A DNA stretch of 43,533 bases. Source: Myxococcota bacterium. GTDB lineage: Bacteria > Myxococcota_A > UBA9042 > PHBI01 > JAWLBL01. The notes below the pieces were generated by a model that searched no databases, was not told the DNA's origin, and saw nothing but the letters and a program-made list of their open reading frames with translations. The position numbers and the translations under genes were made by a program. Numbering within the stretch: position 1 is the stretch's first letter; the number at the start of each line of letters is the position of its first letter. Shown here piece by piece: positions 7,755 through 17,500 of this stretch. The stretch spans positions 1 to 43,533 of the forward strand of contig JAWLBL010000009.1 in the NCBI GenBank assembly GCA_041687695.1, read 5' to 3'.

Positions 7755-10700
7755 TCAGGTCGGCTTGGCGGCCAGGCGCAGCCATCCGTCCACGAGCTGT
7801 TGGGGGTTGGGGGACAGGTCGGCCGACGCGTCGACCGGGCCGATGTCGGTCGTGGTCACCCAGTGGGTCGGGTCCGGGTGGGTGAGGAAGGACCAGGCGC
7901 CCGTCGCGTCGGCGGTGCGCGGCACGGGCAGCGCCACGCGCTGCGAGTCCATGACCAGCGGGCCGGTGGCGAAGGTCACCGCCATCTGGGCCAGCGCTGG
8001 CGCGGTCTGGGCCGTGTCCAGCGAGACGGAGACGGACGGGAGCGCGCCGCTGAGCGCGTGCACGGGCGCCCGCGGATCCACCAGCAGGGTCAGGGTCACG
8101 GGCGACGCGGCCGGGTCCGGGCTGAGCTGCACCGGGCTATCGCCGGGCGCGAGGCCGGAGACGACGAAGCCGCTGCGGTCGCCGTCCGGCGGGGAGGGCT
8201 GGCCGAAGGCCGTGTAGAAGCGCTGGAACGCCTTGGGGTCGGCCTGCTCGTCCCCGACGAAGTAGCCGACCAGGCCGTCGAGGCTGCGCGCCGTGTCGCC
8301 GAGCACGACCGGCAGGCGGAGGTTCAGCCAGCTGTTGGCGGGGTCGTACTGGTAGCGGCCCTTGGCGGCGTCCCAGGTGGGGACCGAGGTCGGGAAGGTC
8401 GCCGTCGACGGGCGGCTCTGCTGCGTCAGCCAGGTCAGGCCGCCCAGCGACTGGTCGTAGACGGGCCGGCCGAAGAGGTCGAGCGCCATGGTGGCGCGGA
8501 CCACGGCCAGCGGGCGGCCGATGAGGAAGGGCAGCGTCGGGTCCTGCCAGCCGCCGAGCGGGTTGACGGTCCACAGGGACTCGTCGATGGCGTCGAGGAA
8601 GTCGAGCAGCGGGTTCTGGCCCGGCTCGGCCTGGCGGCACAGGGTGAGGATCGCGTCGACGAGGGCTTGCAGGTGCGGGTCGGGAAGGGTCGGGGGCGCG
8701 CCCAGCGGGGCGTCGGTCCCGGGGGCCGGGTTCCAGCGCGCGCCGCCGACGCTGGGGCCGAAGTTACCGTCGAGGGCCTGCAGCTCGCCCAGCAAGCTCC
8801 CCGTGGCGTCGTAGAACATCAGGCTGGCGTCGAGCAGGTTCGGCAGGACCCAGCCGCTGATGGGGGTGGTCGCCGGGTCCGAGGTGGCCAGCGTCGGCTG
8901 CCCGTCGGCGGGGGAGGAGGCCAGGAGCTGGAAGCGGACGCGCGCCGGCTGGGACAGGCGCGGCGGCAGCTGGGCCCAGGCGTTGTCGGGCGAGGGCGAC
9001 GAGGGCGTCAGCGCCTGCGACAGCACCGGGGTCGTGAACGGGATGGGCTGCGCCTGCCCGAAGGCGTCCACGAGCTGCAGGCTGGTCAGCTTGAGCCAGC
9101 CGGCGCGGACGGGGTTGAACGAGAAGGCCAGGTCCGGCGCCAGGTCGCTGGCGCTGGCGAGGGCCGCGTCGATGTCCTGCGGGCTGGTCTCGACCGGGCC
9201 GTTCGGCTGCCAGGGGTCGACGGGCGGCTTGGGCTCGACCAGGCCGTAGACCTTCTTGCCGAAGGCCCCGTCGAAGGGGTCGACGACCGAGAGCTGCAGG
9301 GTCTGCGACATCATGGCGAGCGCCTCGTTGAAGCCGCCGAGGGCCTGCGAGACGATCTGGAGGTCGGCGATGCGCTTGGCGGCGTCGGTGAGGGCGGCGT
9401 CGTAGGGGTCGTCGGGGTGGCCCTGCACGTAGGTGGTGATCTGCGACGACAGCTGCATCGTCGTGTTCGGGTTGATGGGGATGCGGCCCGACACCGGCAT
9501 CGGCGTGGGGGCGACGACCGGCGCCTTGGCCCAGGTGTAGTCGATGGTCGGCAGGGGCGAGGCGGCCGGGGCGTCGGCGTCGGAGGCGTCGACGGTGAGC
9601 TGCCAGCCGGTGAGCGCGTCGGCGCAGGCGGTGTTGTCGTAGCTGGGGCTGAGATCGGCGCCCCACTGAAACGCGATGGGGATCCAGGGCTGGGCCCAGT
9701 CGACCAGGCCAAGGGGCGACGGGGCGAGCCCGGCGAAGCCGTAGTCGGCGAGGTGCGCGTTGGGATCGACCGGCGGGACGCCCGGCGTGCTGGGGTCGCG
9801 GTCGGTGTCGTAGATGGCGCGGAGCTTGGTCTGCTGCGTCTGGACGCTGGGCGCGAGCGCGGCGACCTGCGCGGCTGTCGGTTGGGCGACGCCGGCCTTG
9901 ACGAGGGCGGCCTGGGCGATGGCGCCGGACAGGGCCAGGTCGAGGAAGACCATCTCGGCGACCAGGGCGGGGACCACGTTGGGGAGCGGCCCGCCCGCCG
10001 GGAAGGCGGGCAGCGCGGCCGCCAGATCGGCGGCGGTGACCTCTTGGGGCGCGGACAGGCCAGGTCCCGAGACGGTCATCGAGGTGATGGTCTGCGGCGG
10101 CTGGTCGGGCGCGAACAGGCGGCAGGCCAGCAGGCCGTCCGACCTGAAGCGGCCGTCGCCTCCGTAGCTGAAGGACCGCTCGATGCCGTCGGCCCCGGCG
10201 ATGACCACCACCGGGTCGTTCGGCTGCTCGAAGCCGGGCATCGGGACGCTGATGAGCTCGTACCCCGGCAAGGCGGACGGCAGGGCCGCGGTGAGGGTGT
10301 CGATCTGGTCGTGGATCTGCCCGACCAGGCCCGACAGGGAGGTCAGCGCCTGCGCCAGCAGGCCGGGCGCGGCGCCCGAGCCCATGAGGACCGACTGCGC
10401 GAAGCCCTTGATGGTCGTGTCGGGCGGGTACCCCTGCCCGCTGGGGCCCAGGTTGGCCTGGATGTGGGCGTACCAGGTCGCGAAGAGGGAGCGCTGCAGC
10501 GACTGGACCTGCCCGCCGGTGAGGTCGGCCTGCAGCTGCAGGCGGTTGAGCTGGGCCAGGGCCTGGCTGATGGCGGCCGGGAAGGGGACGGCCGGCGGCA
10601 CCGGCGGGGGCGGCGGATCCGAGGTCGGCGTCTGCTTGGCCGGGATGGGCCGGACGTCCCAGGTCAGCCCGCCGTTGGTGGTCCCGAACTCGCGGTCGTG

Positions 10701-11927
10701 CATCACCTCGGCCAGGGCGTTGAGCCCGTCGGGGCCCTCGAGGGCCTCCATGAGGCCGTACTGCAGGGCGTCGAGCAGCGTCTCGAGGCCGACGTCGTCG
10801 GGGAGCTTGGAGGCCACCAGGGCCGAGAGCGCCTCGATGGACGTGTTGCCGATGGCGACCTGCGGCGAGACCACCTGCGGGACGCCGCTCTGATACGGCG
10901 CCTGCGGGCCCTCCCAGTCGACGCCGTACAGGACGCCCTGGCACAGGACGTCGCCGGGGAAGGGGTCGGGCGCGCTGGACGCCGCGGGCGGGTCCGACAT
11001 GCCCGGCCAGGCCCAGCCCAGCGCCTGCATGCGCGCGACCCAGGCGTCCGCGTCGGGCAGGCCGTCGAGCGGATTGCCGGTCGACTGCGAGTACCAGCCG
11101 ACGACCATGTAGGACAGCGTGTACGGGGGCGTGTCGCCGGGGGAGTCGAGATCGCTCAGGCTGTCGTAGAAGCCGAAGACCCCGAAGCTGTTCCAGTAGT
11201 AGGCGGCGAAGAACGGATCGCCGGGGCCGAGGGCGGTCAGGAAGGGCGGCACCGTCGAGGTCTCGCCGGTCCAGCCGGTGAGCGGGGTCATCGCGCCGAT
11301 GTACTGGGCCCCGACCGCCTGGGCGAGGGACTCGTCCTGGTCCTCGGGGCACAGCGACGGCCAGGCCGAGGTGAACGAGGACGCCGTAGTCCCCTGGTAG
11401 AAGGGGTTGGTCGCGAAGGGGTTGGTCGTCAGCGGCGACAGCGCGTCGCTCTGGACGACGAAGGCCGAGACCTTGGGCGGCGTGGGCAGGGCGTTGGGGT
11501 CGGGCTTGGCGTCCGAGGGCGGCGTCATGCTGCGGACGACGAGCCAGCGGTTCGGCACGCGCGGGTACTGCACGCCGCTGTCGCCGTCCACGGTGCCCTG
11601 GGTCAGGCCGTCGGGCAGCTTCCAGCGCAGGTGCACGCCGGTGGGGACGCTGGCGTAGTCGTCGCCGCCGGTGATGGCCGAGCCCAGGCAGCCGAACGAC
11701 TGCACGAAGCTGGGGCTGAGGTCGGCGTAGTTGGCGGCCATGTTCACGAAGCGGACGCTCGTGGGCACGTTGGTGGTCGCCACCAGGGCCGACAGCTCGA
11801 CGGGCACGACGACCTGGGGGCCGAAGAGGTTGGGGCCCGGGGTCGGGACGGCGCTGTCTTCGGGCGGCGTGACGGTGTTGCAGGTGTTGCCGCTGTCGAG
11901 GGAGGCGGAGCGGGTCGGGTGCGTCAT
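7755..11927 (-). CDS. Large uncharacterised protein of the DUF6603-associated cluster (1390 aa)
   Basis: Long ORF with coding-like codon bias. Motifs GVHLRWKLPDGL, YPRVPNRWLVVR, SYMVVGWYS and IGRPLAVVR. Central amphipathic helical segment. Confidence 0.85.
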   Translation of the reverse strand: MTHPTRSASLDSGNTCNTVTPPEDSAVPTPGPNLFGPQVVVPVELSALVATTNVPTSVRFVNMAANYADLSPSFVQSFGCLGSAITGGDDYASVPTGVHLRWKLPDGLTQGTVDGDSGVQYPRVPNRWLVVRSMTPPSDAKPDPNALPTPPKVSAFVVQSDALSPLTTNPFATNPFYQGTTASSFTSAWPSLCPEDQDESLAQAVGAQYIGAMTPLTGWTGETSTVPPFLTALGPGDPFFAAYYWNSFGVFGFYDSLSDLDSPGDTPPYTLSYMVVGWYSQSTGNPLDGLPDADAWVARMQALGWAWPGMSDPPAASSAPDPFPGDVLCQGVLYGVDWEGPQAPYQSGVPQVVSPQVAIGNTSIEALSALVASKLPDDVGLETLLDALQYGLMEALEGPDGLNALAEVMHDREFGTTNGGLTWDVRPIPAKQTPTSDPPPPPVPPAVPFPAAISQALAQLNRLQLQADLTGGQVQSLQRSLFATWYAHIQANLGPSGQGYPPDTTIKGFAQSVLMGSGAAPGLLAQALTSLSGLVGQIHDQIDTLTAALPSALPGYELISVPMPGFEQPNDPVVVIAGADGIERSFSYGGDGRFRSDGLLACRLFAPDQPPQTITSMTVSGPGLSAPQEVTAADLAAALPAFPAGGPLPNVVPALVAEMVFLDLALSGAIAQAALVKAGVAQPTAAQVAALAPSVQTQQTKLRAIYDTDRDPSTPGVPPVDPNAHLADYGFAGLAPSPLGLVDWAQPWIPIAFQWGADLSPSYDNTACADALTGWQLTVDASDADAPAASPLPTIDYTWAKAPVVAPTPMPVSGRIPINPNTTMQLSSQITTYVQGHPDDPYDAALTDAAKRIADLQIVSQALGGFNEALAMMSQTLQLSVVDPFDGAFGKKVYGLVEPKPPVDPWQPNGPVETSPQDIDAALASASDLAPDLAFSFNPVRAGWLKLTSLQLVDAFGQAQPIPFTTPVLSQALTPSSPSPDNAWAQLPPRLSQPARVRFQLLASSPADGQPTLATSDPATTPISGWVLPNLLDASLMFYDATGSLLGELQALDGNFGPSVGGARWNPAPGTDAPLGAPPTLPDPHLQALVDAILTLCRQAEPGQNPLLDFLDAIDESLWTVNPLGGWQDPTLPFLIGRPLAVVRATMALDLFGRPVYDQSLGGLTWLTQQSRPSTATFPTSVPTWDAAKGRYQYDPANSWLNLRLPVVLGDTARSLDGLVGYFVGDEQADPKAFQRFYTAFGQPSPPDGDRSGFVVSGLAPGDSPVQLSPDPAASPVTLTLLVDPRAPVHALSGALPSVSVSLDTAQTAPALAQMAVTFATGPLVMDSQRVALPVPRTADATGAWSFLTHPDPTHWVTTTDIGPVDASADLSPNPQQLVDGWLRLAAKPT

Positions 11928-11930
11928 GGC

Positions 11931-12935
11931 TCAGAGCCCCTCGAGGAAGGCGTCGAGGCCGGCGCGCGCGGCGCTGGCGCGGTCGCGGGTCCGGCGTTTT
12001 GGCGTTTGGGCGAGGAGCGCCGTCTCGGGCTTCCAGGTGATGGTCACGGTGGCGGTCTGGGGGGCGTCGACCAGCTCGACGGCCAGCTCGGCCGAGGTCA
12101 TCTGCGTCAGCGGGGCCTGGCCCTGCGCGGGAGGCGGCGGCCACTCGGCGGGGCCCAGCGCCGTGACCAGGTTGGCCGCGAGCTGCGCGACGTCGAGGAC
12201 GCGCTTGTCGGCCTGGCGCCAGTTGTCGGCCACCGTCCTGAGGTCCCGGGAGGGGCCCGGGTAGGTCCCGGCGAGCTTGACGCCCAGGTCGTCGTTCTGC
12301 TTGCCCAGCCCGCGGAGATCGATCTGCCAGCCGCCCTGCGGGTCGACCGACACGCCGAACTGCAGGCCCTGCGGCGGCTGCGTCAGATCGATCGAGGCGG
12401 CCAGCCCGGTGAACAGGGCGACGAGCACCTCGCTGGACAGGGTCGCGACGCGCACGTTACCGAGCGGCTGGCCGCTGGCGTCGCGCGCCCGGATCTGCAA
12501 GCCGGGGTAGTCGGCGACCAGGCGCGAGCGGATGAGGAGGCCGCTCTGGAAGGGGCCGTCGGTGCCCTGGCCCTCGGACACGAGCTGCTGCAGGTACGAG
12601 ACGATGCCCTGATCCTGCGCCTGGTCGAGGGTCGTGGTGCGCCCGATGCTGCAGGCGCCGTCGAGCAGGGCGCGGACCCAGTTGGGGTCGACGTAGAAGA
12701 AGCGCATGGACTCGGCCGGGAGCATGCGTGGATCGGCGACCAGGTAGTTGAAGGGCACCGGGGTGAAGACGGCGAGGCCCTCGAGGAAGCCGGTGACGAC
12801 CGGCGGGATGCCGGCGGCGGGGTCGTCGCCGGCGCCGCCGAGCAGGCCGACGAAGCGCTCGGGGTCGGCGGCGAAGGCCTTGAGCACGCTCGCGCGGGGC
12901 GGCGCGGGGCGGCGGAGAGGGGCGGCCTGGGTCAT
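11931..12935 (-). CDS. Uncharacterised protein of the DUF6603-associated cluster (334 aa)
   Basis: Motifs VPFNYLV.D..MLP.ESMRFFYVD.NW..LLDGA and GLLIRS.LV..YPGL. ATGA overlap with the upstream gene and a GAGGAG RBS. Confidence 0.85.
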   Translation of the reverse strand: MTQAAPLRRPAPPRASVLKAFAADPERFVGLLGGAGDDPAAGIPPVVTGFLEGLAVFTPVPFNYLVADPRMLPAESMRFFYVDPNWVRALLDGACSIGRTTTLDQAQDQGIVSYLQQLVSEGQGTDGPFQSGLLIRSRLVADYPGLQIRARDASGQPLGNVRVATLSSEVLVALFTGLAASIDLTQPPQGLQFGVSVDPQGGWQIDLRGLGKQNDDLGVKLAGTYPGPSRDLRTVADNWRQADKRVLDVAQLAANLVTALGPAEWPPPPAQGQAPLTQMTSAELAVELVDAPQTATVTITWKPETALLAQTPKRRTRDRASAARAGLDAFLEGL

Positions 12936-14491
12936 CGGGAGGGCTCCTCGGCGAGGCGGCGGCGCTCGAGGGCGAAGCGGCGCGCGCGGTTGGGGTTCTT
13001 GGCGAGGCGGTGGCCCAGGGGCCCGAAGGCGCCGGCTGCGCCCGTGGCGGGGTCGCCGACCAGGGCGGGGGCGATGCGCTGGGCCAGGGCCTCGGCGAGC
13101 GGGGCGCGGAAGGGCTGCGCGCCGAGCAGGCGGCTGGCCTCGCGCGGGACGGACAGGGCCCTGACGCGGGCGGCGGCCAGGGTGCGCGAGACGACGCGCT
13201 GCAGATCATTCTGCAGGCCGCGGCGGAAGCCCTGCAGGGCCTCGGCGAACTGCACGTCCTGCAGCGCCAGCAGGCGGCCGAGCTGCCAGGCCGCGGCGAG
13301 CGAGACGTCGAAGACGCCCAGGTCGGGGTCGAAGCGCAGCGCGGCGTCGGCGCAGGCCCAGCTGGCGTTCGGGTCGGGCGGCGGGAAGCCGGAGGCCGAG
13401 TCGTCGACGTAGACGCTGACGCCCTCGGCCATGGCGACCGGCACGAGCGGCCCGCGATAGAAGGCCGGGGTCGTCTCGCCCTGGCGGGTGACGTGGTTGA
13501 GCGCGACGAAGCCCTGGCCCAGCAGCCGCACGGCGTCGGCGTTCTGCTGGATCTCGGGCGTGAGATCGGTGGGCAGGGCGAGCGGCTGGGGGTCGAGGGC
13601 GGCGACGTCGGCGCCGAAGTTGGCGGTGACCTGGCCGTCGCTGACGTCGACGAAGGTCCAGCTGGACAGGACGGCCAGCCGGACGGTCTGGAAGGAGGCG
13701 AGCCGGTCGTAGCGGTCGCCGTCGGGCAGGAAGTCGGACAGCCCCTCGAAGGAGACCAGATAGACGCGGCTGGTGGTCGGCCCCGCGGAGGTCCCCGCGG
13801 CCGGGAAGCGGTTGGCGACGAGCGCGGCGAACCACCCCTCGGGGGAGGCGGGGGGCTGCACGCTGGCCGACTGGTCGACGTTGCGGACGTGCGCGAGCAG
13901 GGAGAGATCGGCCTGGCTGGGGGCGATCTGCGCGAAGAGCGCGGCCGGCAGGTCGACCATGTTGCAGGGATCGTCCTTGGACTCGCCGTCGTCGAGCTGG
14001 ATGCCGTCCGGGTTGAGGGCGGCGTCGTAGGCGGGCGTCAGCAGCTGGGCGGTGATCGGCGCGAGCAGATCGCCCACGGTCGCGCCGGCCGGCTGCGGGA
14101 TGGCGTCGAGGCTGCCGTCCGCGACGTCGTCGTCGCCGACGACCAGGAGGCCCAGGAAGGGCGTCGCGATCTTGCCGGGCGTCACCGGCGTGTTGGGGCT
14201 GATGACGCGCGACCAGGGGAGCGAGGCGTTGGCCAGGATGACCTGCGGCAGGAAGTTGCTGTAGATGCCGCGGCCGTTGGGGGTGGGGAAGCGGCTGAAG
14301 ACGGCGCCGGGGTCTATCGAGAAGCGCGGCCCGGCGACGGTGAAGGTGTACTGGGTCTGGTAGCGCGCCTGGCTCTGGCCGGCGGTGATGGCCTGCGAGA
14401 CGACCAGCTGGTAGGCCCCGGCGTCCAGGGCGGGCGGGATGGCCTGGGCGACCTGCAGCTGGGGCGTCGGGGTGGCGTAGACGGTCGGCAT
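12932..14491 (-). CDS. Uncharacterised protein of the DUF6603-associated cluster (519 aa)
   Basis: Motifs GPRFSIDP, LPQVIL...LPWSR, LAHVR, YLVSFEG, FYRGPLVP and DVSLAAAWQLGRLLAL. The GAGGAG RBS overlaps the upstream stop. Confidence 0.85.
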   Translation of the reverse strand: MPTVYATPTPQLQVAQAIPPALDAGAYQLVVSQAITAGQSQARYQTQYTFTVAGPRFSIDPGAVFSRFPTPNGRGIYSNFLPQVILANASLPWSRVISPNTPVTPGKIATPFLGLLVVGDDDVADGSLDAIPQPAGATVGDLLAPITAQLLTPAYDAALNPDGIQLDDGESKDDPCNMVDLPAALFAQIAPSQADLSLLAHVRNVDQSASVQPPASPEGWFAALVANRFPAAGTSAGPTTSRVYLVSFEGLSDFLPDGDRYDRLASFQTVRLAVLSSWTFVDVSDGQVTANFGADVAALDPQPLALPTDLTPEIQQNADAVRLLGQGFVALNHVTRQGETTPAFYRGPLVPVAMAEGVSVYVDDSASGFPPPDPNASWACADAALRFDPDLGVFDVSLAAAWQLGRLLALQDVQFAEALQGFRRGLQNDLQRVVSRTLAAARVRALSVPREASRLLGAQPFRAPLAEALAQRIAPALVGDPATGAAGAFGPLGHRLAKNPNRARRFALERRRLAEEPSR

Positions 14492-14501
14492 GCGGCGCTC
14501 C

Positions 14502-17500
14502 TCAGGAGGCGGGGATGGGGGGGAGCTCGCCGCCCGTCGTGACGAGCGAGGGGGCGGCCTGCAGCAGGGAGGGGGCGAACTGGCGCATCACGGGCGTGGC
14601 CGGATCGGTCACCAGCTGGCTCGAGCCCGTGGCGAGCGCGGCGAAGAGGCTGGCCCGGCGCGAGGTCGCGGGGGCGGCGGGCGCCAGCGCGGCCTGCAGG
14701 GCCTCGAGGGCCGCGGTCGAGGTCGGCGCGGGGGCGGTGGGCGGCGGCGCGGGGGTGACCTCGTCCCAGGTGACGGGGACCGGCCAGTCGTCGCCCTGGG
14801 CCAGGCGCGCCTGGGGGAAGCTGGGCAGGTGGTCGACCAGGGTGACCCGCTGGGCCTGGGGCATCGGGGTGAGGGTCAGCGAGGTCAGGGCCTGGGTCAC
14901 GCCGGCGCTGCCCGAGGCGGGGACGGTCGCGCTGGCGTCGGGCGACCAGAGCGAGTCGGGGACGCTGGAGGTGGCCGGGGTGGCGACGAGGAACTCGGTC
15001 GAGTAGGGCGCGTCGTCGAAGATCAGCGTGACGTCCAGCGGCGAGGTCAGGGCCGCCTTGGACATGGGCACCACCACCAGCGGCGAGGCGTTGGTGGCGA
15101 CGACCTTGGCGTCGGACTGCGAGTGGTCCGGGTTGTCGTTGGTCGTCAACTCACTGGCCGGGACGACGCTGCGGGCGACGATCGAGAAGGCGCCGGGGTC
15201 GACGATCCAGCCGCCGTTGGGGTCGCTGCCCTGGGCGCCCGCCGCGTTGCCGAGCAGGCCCGTCGCGACGCTGGCCGTGACGACCGAGGCGCTGTTGGGG
15301 GCTGGCGCGTCGTCGTCGCCGAGGGCCGCGAGGGCGCCCCCGGGGGTGGTGGCCGAGGTCTGCGGCAGGAACGACTGGTCGAACTGGCTCCAGTCGGCGA
15401 GCGGCGCGTTCGGGTTCTCGCTGGCTCCGAAGCCGATGCTGAAGGACAGGATGTACCAGTCGACGCGGACCCGGCCACCGATGGGGGGCCCGTACAGGCG
15501 CAGGGACGCGCCCATCTCGACCTTGAACGTGTGGTGCACGAACAGCAGATCGACGCGCAGCGAGGCGCCGATGGAGATGGAGATGTCGCCGACGAAGTAG
15601 AACGGCTTCCACCACACGATGAAGTCGGCGCGCGCGTCGAACCAGGCCGCGAGCGGGCCGGCCGAGAACGTGAGCGACTGGTCGAAGCCCGCCATGGCCG
15701 CGTGGGGCGTCAGGGCGAAGTAGCACCCGCCGCGCAGCTGGATGCTGTCGTCCGGCTGCCAGTGGTAGCCGACGCGGTCGACGCTGGGGTAGTACGACGG
15801 CGGCTGGAAGGCGGGGTGGTAGCCGCCCAGGGTCAGGACGAACTCGCCCGCGTGCGGGTTGGGCGGCAGGCCGCGGCCGGGGTCGAACCACAGGTAGAAG
15901 GCGAAGCCGCCGGTCAGGTGGACGTCGGGGGCGAGCAGCCACGAGTCGGGGGTCAGCGAGGCGCCGACGGCGACCTCGCCGCGGTCGGGCATGAAGGTGA
16001 CCGAGAACTGCAGCGTGACCTGGGCGATGGCCGTCGGGACGCTGGATTTGCCGCCGACGGCGACCGGGACGGTGAGCGACGAGGTGCCCATCAGCGAGAC
16101 GATGAGCTCGCGGCCGAAGGTGGCGACGAGCATCCCGAAGGACTGCAGCATCTCGTAGGTGGTGAAGCGCAGGCCGGCGGCGAGCCAGTAGTCGCCCAGG
16201 CTGGGCGTGGCCAGCTTGGTGAAGGCGGTGGCGATGTCCGTCGGGGCCGAGTGCGGGTCGTTCGCCCAGGCCACCAGCGGGAAGGCGGCGACGGCGTCGG
16301 GCTGCGGCAGGTGCAGCTGGCTGTTGAAGCCGAAGCCCAGGGCGCCGCCGGTGATGAAGAAGGAGGGCGGGCCGCCGATCGGGGCGTCGACGACGCCGTA
16401 GACGAAGAAGGAGGGCGAGCCGTCGAGCTCGGCGTATTGGCCCGCGGCCGAGATGCCGAAGGCCCCCGCGGCCACGGTGAGCATGCCGTCGTAGGCCGTG
16501 ACCGACTTGCCGCTGATGGTGAGGGTCTGCTTGACCAGGCCGCCGCCGATGGTGACGGAGCCTCCCTCGAAGGCGACGTCGAGCCCGGCCAGATCCAGCG
16601 TGTAGGCCGAGACGTCGCCCATGTGGGTGACGGGCAGGCCGATGTCGAGCTGGACGACGTCCATCTGCAGCGGTCCGACCGCGACCTGGCCGTCGAAGCC
16701 GAGCAGGAGGTGACCGGTCGAGGGCGGGGAGGCGCCGCCGGCCCAGCCGACGCCCAGGGCGCGGCAGTACAGCGGGCCGAGCTGGCGCTGGATGGGGATC
16801 CACAGCTGGTCGGGCGTGTCGCCGTCGCCGTCGCCGTGCAGGGCCAGGTGGAAGTTGCCCGCCGGGCTGCCGGCGCCGGCGAGCTGGGCGACGTAGGACA
16901 CGGCCCCCGAGAAGGCCGGGTTGGGCGTGTCGCTGCCGAGGGCGCTGCCCATCAGGTTGTTGGCGATGGGGTTGGAGCCAGCGGCCGGTGGGCCCGAGCC
17001 GGCGAGGGGGAGCGACAGGTCGTCCAGCTCGATGGAGGCGCCGAGCCAGACGGCCGGGGTCGCGTCGGCGTAGAAGTAGACGCGAGGCTGGATGGAGCCG
17101 AGGGCGAAGCCCGCCTTGGAGACGAGCGGCCCATTGCCGGTGCCGCGGACGTCGACGCCGACGCTGGCGAGGGTCAGGGCTGGCGCGAAGGAGAGCTGCG
17201 TCGGGGCGCCCTGGGCGTCGGTGACCACCTTGACGAGGTCGATGAGGATGCCCGGCTGCGTGGGCGTGGCGTTGGGCGGTTGGAAGCCGACCTTGGCCGT
17301 CTCGGCGATCCAGTAGGGCGAGGCGTCGGCGGACTGCCAGGCGCCGACCTGCAGGACGATGCCGGGCCAGGCGCCCGGCTGGGTCAGGGACAGGTCGCGC
17401 ACCGTAAGGTCGAGCGCGTAGTCCGTCCCGGAGCCGTCGCCGGCCTTGGTGCCCGCGAGGGTGACCAGGATGCGGTAGGGGTTGTTGGGGTCGCTCGTGT

